Positions 20,111-28,531 of a stretch of 64,000 nt of DNA are shown one piece after another. How positions within the stretch are numbered: position 1 is the first letter of the stretch; each line of letters starts with the position of its first letter. The position numbers and the translations under genes were made by a program. Source of the DNA: Thermoplasmata archaeon (GTDB lineage: Archaea; Thermoplasmatota; Thermoplasmata; Lutacidiplasmatales; UBA184); NCBI GenBank assembly GCA_030037855.1, contig JASHPY010000077.1, forward strand, positions 2,035 to 66,034, given 5' to 3'. Below the pieces are notes generated by a model. That model saw only the letters and a list, made by a program, of their open reading frames with translations. It was not told the origin of the DNA and made no database searches.

Positions 20111-20138
20111 TGCCTGTTCGACCCGGGTCGGTGAGACG

Positions 20139-21743
20139 GTGGACGCGACGACGACCACGGAAGTGGGAAAGAGGCCGGTCGGCTCGCCCTCGCCGACCCG
20201 CTACCTCTCGGGATGGCCGGCCGTCTTCGTCCTCGTGGGCGTCTTCTTCGCGATCCTGATGGGGGCGATGGACTCGCTGGTCGTCTCGACCGTCCTCCCC
20301 CGGATCGCGGGTGACCTCCATCAGGCGAACGGCGTGACGTTCGTCGTGAGCTCCTACCTGATCGCGTCCACGATCTCCGTCCCGATCTTCGCGCGGCTCT
20401 CCGACATCGGAAGTCGTCGGAATGTCTTCCTCGTCGGCCTCGTGATCTTCATCGTCGGGTCCGCGCTCGCGGGGCTCAGCCAGAACCTGAGCGAGCTCAT
20501 CGTCTTCCGGGGCGTCCAAGGGTTCGGCGGTGGCGGCATCTTCCCGGTGGCGATCGCGATGGTCGCCGTGCTGTTCCCGCCCGCCGAACGCTCGCGGGTC
20601 GTCGGCGTCCTCTCCGGAGGCGCCGGGGTCGCGATCGTCGCCGGCCCCCTGGTCGGCAGCGCGATCGTGGGGTTCACGACGTGGCGCTGGGTGTTCTACA
20701 TCAACCTCCCGTTCGGGTTCCTCGCGATCGCGGTCCTCCTGCTCGCCGTCGGACCCCTCGGGTCCGACCGGCGGGGCGGCGTGGACCTCCCCGGCATCGC
20801 GCTTCTCTCGGGCTGGGTGGGGGCGCTGATGTTCGCCCTCGTCGAGGTCTCCGACCTCGTCTGGACGTGGACCGACCCGCGGACCCTCGGCCTGTTGGTC
20901 TCCGCGGTCGTGCTCTTCGCCGCGTTCCTCCTGTGGGAGCTGCGAACCGCCGAGCCGCTCGTGCCGATCCGGCTCATGGGACGCCGGGTGCTCGCCGCGA
21001 GCAGCGGGGCGATGTTGTTCACCGGCATCGTCTATAGCTCCCTCATCACCTTCCTCTCGATCTTCGTCGGGCTGGTCGTGCTCCAGAACGGACCCGGCGC
21101 CCCGGCCGCGGTCCGGGACATCATCTACTTCCTCGCGGTCCCGCTCGTCCTCGGGGCCGTCCTCGGCGGACAGGTCCTGCTCCGAGTCTCCTACCGAACC
21201 CTGATCGCCCCCGCGCTCGCGGTCGCCGGGATCGTCGGGCTGTTGCTGACGAACCTGAGCGCGTCCACGCCGCTCTGGGTGCTCGCCGGAGGGTTCGTTC
21301 CGGTCGGTGGGATCGCGTTGCCCCTGATCCCCATCGGATTCGGGCTCGGCCTCGCGCTCTCGGGCGTCACGATCGCCGTGCAGAACGAGTCGCCTACCGG
21401 CGAGGTGGGTGCGGCGATCGGGATCACGCGGTTCCTTCAGAGCCTCGGGGGGGCGGTCGGCCTCTCGCTCCTCACGGTTTTCCAGACATGGCGGGTCACG
21501 GCGCTCTCCGCGGGCGCGACGACCCCGGCCGAGCTCCAGCGTGCCGTGATCGCGAGCTATGACGAGGTCTTCCTGGTTCTGGCGGTCTGCATCCTCGCCG
21601 CCTTCGTCTTCTCGCTGTTCTACGTCGGGCGCGTGGTCTCGGGCGCGCGGGCCACCGGGACTACGGCCGGGCCGCGACCGGTGGCCGCTCCGGCCGCGGG
21701 ACCCGCAGAGATGGGACCGCGGGCCGTCGACGACCGCCCGTAG
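20139..21743 (+). CDS. MFS transporter, DHA2/EmrB-like drug:H+ antiporter (14 TMS)
   Basis: About 14 hydrophobic segments. MFS motifs FARLSDIGSRRNVF and GVQGFGGGGIFPV. Divergent from TetR. Confidence 0.85.
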   Translation: MDATTTTEVGKRPVGSPSPTRYLSGWPAVFVLVGVFFAILMGAMDSLVVSTVLPRIAGDLHQANGVTFVVSSYLIASTISVPIFARLSDIGSRRNVFLVGLVIFIVGSALAGLSQNLSELIVFRGVQGFGGGGIFPVAIAMVAVLFPPAERSRVVGVLSGGAGVAIVAGPLVGSAIVGFTTWRWVFYINLPFGFLAIAVLLLAVGPLGSDRRGGVDLPGIALLSGWVGALMFALVEVSDLVWTWTDPRTLGLLVSAVVLFAAFLLWELRTAEPLVPIRLMGRRVLAASSGAMLFTGIVYSSLITFLSIFVGLVVLQNGPGAPAAVRDIIYFLAVPLVLGAVLGGQVLLRVSYRTLIAPALAVAGIVGLLLTNLSASTPLWVLAGGFVPVGGIALPLIPIGFGLGLALSGVTIAVQNESPTGEVGAAIGITRFLQSLGGAVGLSLLTVFQTWRVTALSAGATTPAELQRAVIASYDEVFLVLAVCILAAFVFSLFYVGRVVSGARATGTTAGPRPVAAPAAGPAEMGPRAVDDRP

Positions 21744-21802
21744 CGTTCCGTGCCGCCGCGCCCGCCTTAGGGCTTGTTATACTCGGCGGCGATGGGGGCG
21801 AC

Positions 21803-21925
21803 ATGGCAGCGACGGATGGCGACATGGTCCAGTGTAACACCTGCGGCACGACGTATCCGGCCTCCGACACCGCCGAGGCCGCGAACCACGTCGGCCACGA
21901 CACCGTTCATATCGAGCAGGGGTGA
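21803..21925 (+). CDS. possible small protein (40 aa) with Cys/His pattern
   Basis: ATG sits 24 nt after a TATA-like CTTGTTATACTC at 21773..21784. GC3 about 85%. Peptide MAATDGDMVQCNTCGTTYPASDTAEAANHVGHDTVHIEQG. Too short for the ORF track. Confidence 0.3.
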   Translation: MAATDGDMVQCNTCGTTYPASDTAEAANHVGHDTVHIEQG

Positions 21926-21943
21926 CCGTCCGGGGTCGGACGC

Positions 21944-22483
21944 CTAGGTCCGCTCGCGGTCGGCCGACGCCGACCGCGCCGCCGTCCACTCCTCGTACGT
22001 CCCGAGCGGCGGCTCGAGGTCCATCTGCCAGAGCAGGGCGTTGATCTCGCCGATGTGCTGCAGCTCTTCCTCGACCATATGCCAGAGCACGTCGCCGACC
22101 GGGAACCGCCGTTCCGTCGGCGCGTCCGCGCCGGGAAAGTGGGTGACGATCTCGCGGGAGAGGTCGGGTTCGCTCAATCCCGCGAGGTATCCGTTCACGA
22201 GGTCGTCGATCTCGTCCGTGGCGCTCCGCAGCCGCTCCGGGGTCAGTTCCCGGGCCGGAAGCTCGAGCTTCAGCGCGTCCGCCACGCGGTCGTGGGGAAC
22301 CAAGTCGAACCAGAAGCGGTGACCGTCCAGTAGGTGCGCGTAGATCTCCTGAAGGGACGGATACGACGCGCCGCGGTCCTGCAGTCTCGCTTCTGGCGGA
22401 AGCTGGAGGATCACCTCGAGGTACTTCCGGCGCACGGCCGCGTTCCAATGGTAAAAGGCCCGTATCGCGCTCAGTTCCGACAT
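21944..22483 (-). CDS. DinB/DinB_2 family protein
   Basis: C-terminal 179 aa of ORF 21944..23053: 4-helix-bundle pattern with His motifs (YAHLLDGHRFW, LWHMVEEELQHIGEI). The upstream 190 aa are P/A/T-rich antisense junk. Confidence 0.6.
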   Translation of the reverse strand: MSELSAIRAFYHWNAAVRRKYLEVILQLPPEARLQDRGASYPSLQEIYAHLLDGHRFWFDLVPHDRVADALKLELPARELTPERLRSATDEIDDLVNGYLAGLSEPDLSREIVTHFPGADAPTERRFPVGDVLWHMVEEELQHIGEINALLWQMDLEPPLGTYEEWTAARSASADRERT

Positions 22484-22616
22484 CCTGGCCCCGCTCCGTA
22501 CGCGCGGCACGCGCCGACGCGCGATAAGGGACCTGCGAGGGGGCGCGGAACGCCCCTGGCGAGGGGAGCGCGCCCCGCGTTCAGGCTGAAATGCTCGGGC
22601 GCGATGGACCGGCCGG

Positions 22617-23339
22617 ATGGCCGTGAGGTTCGCCCGGGCGCCGTGGGCGGTCGGGCTGGCGGCGCTGGTCGGCGGAGTCGGGGCATCGTTCGTCGGGTAC
22701 GCCACGTCCCTCGCCCGGTACGGGAGCGAACCGGCCCCGGGCGGCGTCGCAGCGGTGTTCGTCGGCACGCTCCTGGGCGCGACGATCGGTGCCACCGTCG
22801 CGGCCATCGTGGCGTCCGCGATCGGTCGGCGGGCCGGTGCCGAAGTCGCCACGACCGCCGGGGGGGTGCTGGGGATTGCGTCGGGGGGCCTCGCCGGTGT
22901 CGCGGCGCAAGCGCTCGCGAGCGCGTGGATCTCCGTCGACCTATCGAACCCGATCCAGGGCGCCCTCGTCGGCGCGGGGGTCGCCGGGGTCGCGGCGGGG
23001 ACCGTGACGGGAGTTCTCGTCCTCGCCCTGCGACGGCCGGTCACCTCGATCAAGCAGATCGTCCGCTTCGCCGGCCTGGTCGGCGCGATCGCGGGCCTGT
23101 TCGCCGGGGTCGGGGGCGGCGTCCTCGGTGGCTCGTTGGGAGCTCTCGCGGGGGCCTGCTCGTCCGCCTCCTCGGGCGCCCTCCCGAACCTCTACGGATG
23201 CGGCGGGGGCGCGCTCGACGGGTCACTGCTCGTCGGCCTCTGGGTCGGCGCGATCCTTGGGGCGGTGGCCGCCCTGTCCGTGGCGGAGGGCCTCACGCTG
23301 GTCGCGACCCGCGGGGAGTCGTTCCGACGCGACCTATAG
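22617..23339 (+). CDS. Gly/Ala-rich integral membrane protein (glycine-zipper repeats)
   Basis: GC3 above 90% in this frame. Repeated GxxxG/AxxxG hydrophobic segments. The antisense frame is PAT-rich. Confidence 0.5.
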   Translation: MAVRFARAPWAVGLAALVGGVGASFVGYATSLARYGSEPAPGGVAAVFVGTLLGATIGATVAAIVASAIGRRAGAEVATTAGGVLGIASGGLAGVAAQALASAWISVDLSNPIQGALVGAGVAGVAAGTVTGVLVLALRRPVTSIKQIVRFAGLVGAIAGLFAGVGGGVLGGSLGALAGACSSASSGALPNLYGCGGGALDGSLLVGLWVGAILGAVAALSVAEGLTLVATRGESFRRDL

Positions 23340-23402
23340 ACCCGCCGGCGCGCGTCCGATCGGTTCAAAGCACAAGTACGGCCACGGCGTCGCGGCGCAC
23401 CG

Positions 23403-23945
23403 ATGCCGGGGAAACCGGTTTCCGCGGCCGCCGAGCGCCTGACGCCGGCGCAGGCGCGCCGATTGTTCGGCTACAATCGCCGGGTGTTCGACCGGTTCGT
23501 TCGGCGGATCCGGAAGCAGTCGAGACGGTTCGCCCACCGCCGACGGGAGATCGGCCACCAGACGCTGTTCGAGACGCTGGTCCACATCCTGAACGTGCAG
23601 GAGGTCTGGATCGGGTTCATCCTCCAGGGCCGGAACTCCGATGCGGAGCTCGAGCAGCTGTTCCGCGACCCGACCCGTCGGCCCAAGGACTGGAAGGGGT
23701 TCGGCCGCTACCGACGGCGCGTGGAGGACGGGACCCGACGGTACCTGGCCCGGGTCACCGCGGCCGAGCTCGCGCGACCGGTGCATGCGTTCTGGATGCC
23801 GGGTCGCTACGTCGCCTCCGATGCCCTCTGGCAGGTCACGTTGGAGCAGGCGCACCACCTCGGTGAGATCATCGGCGCCCTCTGGCAGGACGATGTCGAG
23901 CCCCCCGAGATGACCTGGATCCGCGTCGGTGCGGACCGGCGCTGA
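23403..23945 (+). CDS. DinB/DinB_2 family protein (second paralogue)
   Basis: Same His-containing helical pattern (LVHILNVQEVW, LEQAHHLGEIIGALWQ). Confidence 0.6.
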   Translation: MPGKPVSAAAERLTPAQARRLFGYNRRVFDRFVRRIRKQSRRFAHRRREIGHQTLFETLVHILNVQEVWIGFILQGRNSDAELEQLFRDPTRRPKDWKGFGRYRRRVEDGTRRYLARVTAAELARPVHAFWMPGRYVASDALWQVTLEQAHHLGEIIGALWQDDVEPPEMTWIRVGADRR

Positions 23946-23961
23946 CGCGGGGCCGCGCCCC

Positions 23962-24648
23962 ATGACGATCCGGGCGGTGTTCCTCGACTTCGGGGGGACA
24001 CTGGTCCACTCTCAGCCCGAGCCGTTCGAGGCGATGCGACCCGTGCTCGACTCCTTCGGCCTCGGGATCTCGATCGACCGGTACGCCGACGCGAACCACC
24101 GGGTGCTCCCTCGACTCCGATCGCAGCAGTACACCTCCCTCGGCCAACTCCCGTCGTTCTGGGACCGGGTCCACGCCGCCGCCCTCGAGGAGCTCGGGGT
24201 CGTGGGCCGCGACGACGTGGTCCGCGCGATCCGGGCGGCGGTCACCTCGCCCGAGTGGCACCGGCCGTATCCCGAGACCGAAGCCGTGCTTCGCGAGCTA
24301 AGGAGGCGAGGCCTCGGCCTGCACGTCGTCTCGAACAACACCGACTACCTGGTCGAGGCGGTGCATCGCCTCGGATGGGACCAGCGGTTCGACTCGCTCA
24401 CCTACTCCCAGGAGGCCGGAGCCGAGAAGCCGGACCGGCGGGTGTTCGAGCTCGCGTTACGCCGGGCCGGTTGCACGCCCGCGGAGGGCCTCTACGTCGG
24501 CGACAGCTGGGAGGCCGACTACCTCGGCGCCTGCCGGGCGGGCCTTCGCGGGGTCTGGCTGAACCGGGACGGGCGACCGCTCCCCGGGCCGGCCGAGACC
24601 GCCACGACGCTCGAAGGAGTCGTCGCGCTCGCTCGGACCCCCGCCTGA
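23962..24648 (+). CDS. HAD-IA family hydrolase
   Basis: Motif I FLDFGGTLV, motif II VVSN, motif III/IV K...GDSWEADY. Start at MTIRAVF, which is Met12 of the ORF. Confidence 0.8.
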   Translation: MTIRAVFLDFGGTLVHSQPEPFEAMRPVLDSFGLGISIDRYADANHRVLPRLRSQQYTSLGQLPSFWDRVHAAALEELGVVGRDDVVRAIRAAVTSPEWHRPYPETEAVLRELRRRGLGLHVVSNNTDYLVEAVHRLGWDQRFDSLTYSQEAGAEKPDRRVFELALRRAGCTPAEGLYVGDSWEADYLGACRAGLRGVWLNRDGRPLPGPAETATTLEGVVALARTPA

Positions 24649-25380
24649 GCCCGGGTCCGCGGGGACCTTCCACATCGTCAGTTCGAGTCCGATCGGAGTG
24701 AGCACCGCCTGGCTGCTCGGGAACGGGCTGCGCGCCGCGAACCGGGCGAACTCCTCGGCCGAGTAGGCCCGTCGGCGCAGCGACCGCAGGGTGCGCAACG
24801 TAAGGAAACTCCGGAGCGCCCCGAGCCGCATCCCTCGCACCTCGTTCCGGACCGCCGCGTCGGACGCGTCCCGCCGCAGGTCCTCGATCGTCGCTCGCCC
24901 GCCGGGCCGGAGGACGCGGTACATCTCGTCCACGGCCGCCTGGGGTCGGCGGAAATTCTTGAACGCGGCCTGACAGACGACCCGATCGAACGACGCGTTC
25001 GGGAACGGGAGCTGCGCGGCGTCGCCGAGGCGGGCGGTGACCGAGACCCCCTCGGCCCGGGCCCGGTCGGCCACCATCTTAACGAACGTGTGGCTGACGT
25101 CGAGCGCGGTTACGTTCACTCGCCCGAGCCGCGCGATCTCGACCGAGAAGTAGCCGGGTCCGGGCGCGACCTCGAGCACCTCGGCGCCGTCCGGTAGATC
25201 GCGGGTGAGCTCGGCCGCCTGCTGACGCCACAGGGCGATCTGGCTCTCGGAGCCCCGCGTCTTCGCGTACCATCGGGCGATCGACCCTTCCATCGCCATC
25301 CCACGGTACGGCTTCGGTCCCGGTCCCCCGGTCTCAGCGGCGCCCGGCCGGGCCACCGGCGTCGCGGGTCCGTCCGTCAT
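24457..25380 (-). CDS. class I SAM-dependent methyltransferase with low-complexity C-terminal tail
   Basis: Motif I VLEVAPGPGYFS, post-I LDVS, motif II FDRVVC. GGAGGG RBS 7 nt before the ATG at 25380. The last 65 aa are G/P/R-rich and overlap the HAD gene 3' end. Confidence 0.7.
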   Translation of the reverse strand: MTDGPATPVARPGAAETGGPGPKPYRGMAMEGSIARWYAKTRGSESQIALWRQQAAELTRDLPDGAEVLEVAPGPGYFSVEIARLGRVNVTALDVSHTFVKMVADRARAEGVSVTARLGDAAQLPFPNASFDRVVCQAAFKNFRRPQAAVDEMYRVLRPGGRATIEDLRRDASDAAVRNEVRGMRLGALRSFLTLRTLRSLRRRAYSAEEFARFAARSPFPSSQAVLTPIGLELTMWKVPADPGSGGGPSERDDSFERRGGLGRPGERSPVPVQPDPAKARPAGAEVVGLPAVADVEALRGRATGPA

Positions 25381-25490
25381 CCGAGCTCCCTCCGGTAGCG
25401 GAACAGCGGAGCCGTGGATATGGACCCGACTCACCGGGGGTGGGGACCGGGCGTGTTCGTAGGGGGGTGGGGAGCGCCGGTCGGCTCGAC

Positions 25491-25811
25491 TCACGCCCAT
25501 TCGGGCGAGACGAGGTCTCGCAACTGGGGTTCGAGCCGTGGCACGACCGAACCGGCGTCGACCGCCTCGCTGACGAGGAGGTCGACCGAGCCGGCCAGCG
25601 CCCGGAGGAGTTTGCCGCGGTCGACGGATCGCACGGGGGCCGTAGTCGTCTGCGCGAGCACGTCCGCGGGCAGCTGGTCGAACCCTCGGCCGTGGCTCGG
25701 CTCGAGTCCGCGACGACCGCACGCGAGCATCAGCGCCTGGTCGCGCACCCCGCCGACCGTGCCGCTCTCGAGGTCCCCTCCACACTCCGGACACGTGGTC
25801 CCGAGTCCCAT
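25491..25811 (-). CDS. hypothetical protein with N-terminal CPxCG zinc-ribbon-like motif
   Basis: TCPECGG at the N-terminus and GC3 about 85%. A plus-strand frame has similar GC3, so this call is uncertain. Confidence 0.25.
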   Translation of the reverse strand: MGLGTTCPECGGDLESGTVGGVRDQALMLACGRRGLEPSHGRGFDQLPADVLAQTTTAPVRSVDRGKLLRALAGSVDLLVSEAVDAGSVVPRLEPQLRDLVSPEWA

Positions 25812-25846
25812 GGTCCTCTGGCGGACAGGACAACGAGGTGCCAGAT

Positions 25847-26305
25847 CTACGGCGGTGGCCCGCGACCGACGACGGGCCTCGAGACCTTCGTGCGCCGGAC
25901 CGAGGCCGGCATCGGCGGGGTCCTCCCGAAGCGACGCCGTCCCGCCCAGTAGAGGCTGATCCGGTGCCCGTCGGGGTCGCGCAGGTACGCGTGGTCCCAC
26001 CCCCACGGGCGACGCTTCGGTGGATCGTCGAACGTGACGCCACGACGCGCGAGCCGCCGGCACTCGGCGCGGAGGTTCCGGCTCTCGAAGTAGAGCACGA
26101 CCTCCCGAGAGCCCCGCGGCGACCGTCCGTCCTTCGTCGCGTGGAGCGCGAGGGTGGCGCTCCCGCCGGGCCCGCGCAGTCGCGCATAGCCGGACATCGA
26201 CTCGATCGTCTCGAATCCAAGGAGATCGCGGTAGAACCGCAGGGACCTCGGAAGGTCCCGCACGTAGACGATCACGTGGTTCAGGGTGAACGTCCGCTTC
26301 GCCAT
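25847..26305 (-). CDS. VOC/glyoxalase family protein
   Basis: LNHVIVYVRDLPRSLRFYRDLLGF...DPDGHRISLY. Confidence 0.7.
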   Translation of the reverse strand: MAKRTFTLNHVIVYVRDLPRSLRFYRDLLGFETIESMSGYARLRGPGGSATLALHATKDGRSPRGSREVVLYFESRNLRAECRRLARRGVTFDDPPKRRPWGWDHAYLRDPDGHRISLYWAGRRRFGRTPPMPASVRRTKVSRPVVGRGPPP

Positions 26306-26327
26306 CGGCACTCGAGCCGGGCCCCCG

Positions 26328-28367
26328 TCACCCGGCGCGACTCCGTGCGCGCGCACGTCGGGTCGTCGGGCCAGTGGAGGAGTGACGGTGCGTCTCCAAT
26401 CGGGGGATCGTCCCGGTCGGAAGGCCGTACTCGCGAAGCAGCGCGACGAACCGGGGCTCGTCCCGAAGGCTATCGAAGAACACGCCGCGGTACCAGAGCC
26501 AGAGCGTCGGGTCCCCCTCGCGGAAGTCCTGCTCCAGGAGGTCGAGCGCCTTCGCCTTCTCGCCCATCGCGGCGTACATCATCGCCCGGTCCGTCGGCGA
26601 CGTGTAGGTCTTGGCCTCGCCCCTCGCGATCCGGGCGAGCATCTCGCGCGCCGCCGCGGGTCGACCGAGCAGCGCGTTCAGCAGCGCGTGGTCGAACCGA
26701 GCCCCGTCGTCGGCGTCGCCGAGGGGCGTGTCCGCCTCCCGCAGGGCGTCCGTTCGCCGACCGGCGCCGAGGTAGTACATCCCGACGTACACGTGGTACT
26801 CGACCTCCTTCGGATGGCGGTCGCGCTCCGCCTCCGCGAACCGGATCCCCTCGGCGAGATTTCCCGACTCGAACTCCGCCCACGCGAGCGTGGCCTGAAA
26901 GTGTCCTCGCGGGTCGAGCTGGGCGCCGTGGCGGAGAAGTTCCTTCGCCTGGTCGAACCGGCCGAGCGCGAACGTCATCAGGCCGTAGAACCGGTACGCC
27001 TCGACGTTGCTCGGGTTCAGCGCGATCGCCTTCTGGAACTCGCTCTCCGCGAGCGCCCAGTTGTGTTCGCTCTGGAACACGAGGTTCGCGAGCGCGGAGT
27101 GCGCCGACGAGGACTCGGGGTCGATCTCGAGCGCCCGCGCGATGAGCTTCCGTGCCTTCGGGACGACCTTGCGCATCGAGATGCTGTCCCCACCGGCCGC
27201 GATGTAGGCATTGGCGCAGGCCGCGTACGCCTCCGCGAACTCCGGGTCGAGACGGGTCGCCCGCTCGAAGCAGCGGACCGCCCGATCGAGTCCGTTCGGC
27301 AGCGACTCTCTCAGCATCGCGAGTCCGCGGAGATACAGGTCGTACGCCGCGAGGTTCGACGTCGGGGGACGTTTCGGCTGCGTTCCGTCCGTCGGTCGGA
27401 GCTCGAGGCGCAGGGCGTCCGCGGTGCGCTCGGCGATGTCGCTCTGCACCGCGAACACGTCGTCCAGCTCTCGATTGTAGCTCGTGGCCCAGACGTGCTG
27501 CTGGGTCGGTACGTCGACCAGCTGAAGGGTGATCCGGATCCGGTTCCCCGCCTTTCGCACGCTGCCCTCCAGCACGGTATCGACGCCGAGCTCCGCGCCG
27601 ACCTCGGCGACCGACTTCGGGGCGGTCTTGTACGGCATGACCGAGGTCCGCGCGATGACGCTCAATCCCCGGACGTGCGAGAGCACGCTGATCAGCTCCT
27701 CGGTGAGCCCATCGGCGAAGTAGCCGTCGCCCGGGTCGGGCGAGATATTGGCGAGGGGCAGGACGGCGAGCTGCCGGGCGCCGGACGGCTCGGACGGCGG
27801 TAGCACCGACGCCACGGAACTCCACGGGAGGACCACGCGGTAGATGGTCACGGGCATTCGGATGTGCTTCAACGCGACCGGCGGGAGCCGGGCGAGAGGC
27901 ATCGGGATCTTGTTCTGGACCTGGTCGACGACCTGCTGGCTGAGACAGATCCCGCCCGGCTCGGCGAGCGGTTGGATCCGCGAAGCGATGTTGACGGCAT
28001 CGCCGAGTACGTCGTCCCGGGTTTGCACGACGTCGCCCACGTGAACTCCGACGCGCACCCGGATCCGCTCGGCCTCCGGCACGGAGGTGCCGCCCTCGCG
28101 GAGCGAACGCTGGACTTCGATCGCGCAGCGGACCGCGTCGAGCGCGCTCTCGAACTCCACCAGGAACGCGTCGCCCATGGTCTTGACGACTCGACCGGCG
28201 AACCGCGAGAAGATCGGGCGGAGGAGACGGTTGTGCTGCTCGAGCGCGTGGAGGGCCGAACCCTCGTCGGCCTGGACGCGGGCGGCGTAGCCGACCACGT
28301 CCGTGAACATGATGGCGGCGAGGCGGCGGTGCGAAGTGCTCACGGGGCGGGGACGCGCCTCCGACAA
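26328..28367 (-). CDS. class III adenylate/guanylate cyclase domain protein with TolB-N-like middle region and C-terminal TPR repeats
   Basis: CHD core: LAAIMFTDVVGYA, VKTMGDAFLVEF, RVGVHVGDVV. A bacterial-type linker follows (LAVLPLANIS...GLTEELI), then several TPR units. Confidence 0.8.
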   Translation of the reverse strand: MSEARPRPVSTSHRRLAAIMFTDVVGYAARVQADEGSALHALEQHNRLLRPIFSRFAGRVVKTMGDAFLVEFESALDAVRCAIEVQRSLREGGTSVPEAERIRVRVGVHVGDVVQTRDDVLGDAVNIASRIQPLAEPGGICLSQQVVDQVQNKIPMPLARLPPVALKHIRMPVTIYRVVLPWSSVASVLPPSEPSGARQLAVLPLANISPDPGDGYFADGLTEELISVLSHVRGLSVIARTSVMPYKTAPKSVAEVGAELGVDTVLEGSVRKAGNRIRITLQLVDVPTQQHVWATSYNRELDDVFAVQSDIAERTADALRLELRPTDGTQPKRPPTSNLAAYDLYLRGLAMLRESLPNGLDRAVRCFERATRLDPEFAEAYAACANAYIAAGGDSISMRKVVPKARKLIARALEIDPESSSAHSALANLVFQSEHNWALAESEFQKAIALNPSNVEAYRFYGLMTFALGRFDQAKELLRHGAQLDPRGHFQATLAWAEFESGNLAEGIRFAEAERDRHPKEVEYHVYVGMYYLGAGRRTDALREADTPLGDADDGARFDHALLNALLGRPAAAREMLARIARGEAKTYTSPTDRAMMYAAMGEKAKALDLLEQDFREGDPTLWLWYRGVFFDSLRDEPRFVALLREYGLPTGTIPRLETHRHSSTGPTTRRARARSRAG

Positions 28368-28531
28368 GTTAAGCGCTCCCGGGGGAGGTCGCGGGCACCC
28401 CTCTTCCCCGGGCGTTCCGATGGGCGCCGGTCGAGCTCTACCCGCCGGTGCCGGCGGGCGGCCCGGCGCACGGACGAGCGACCGGGGCTCGAAGCCCGCT
28501 ACTCCTTTAGTCGGGGTCGGCTACCGCGACG

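Noticed and set aside
22334-23866. 510-aa plus-strand ORF
   Set aside because: Arg-rich junk frame overlapping the Gly-rich membrane protein and second DinB gene, which have far higher GC3 in their own frames.
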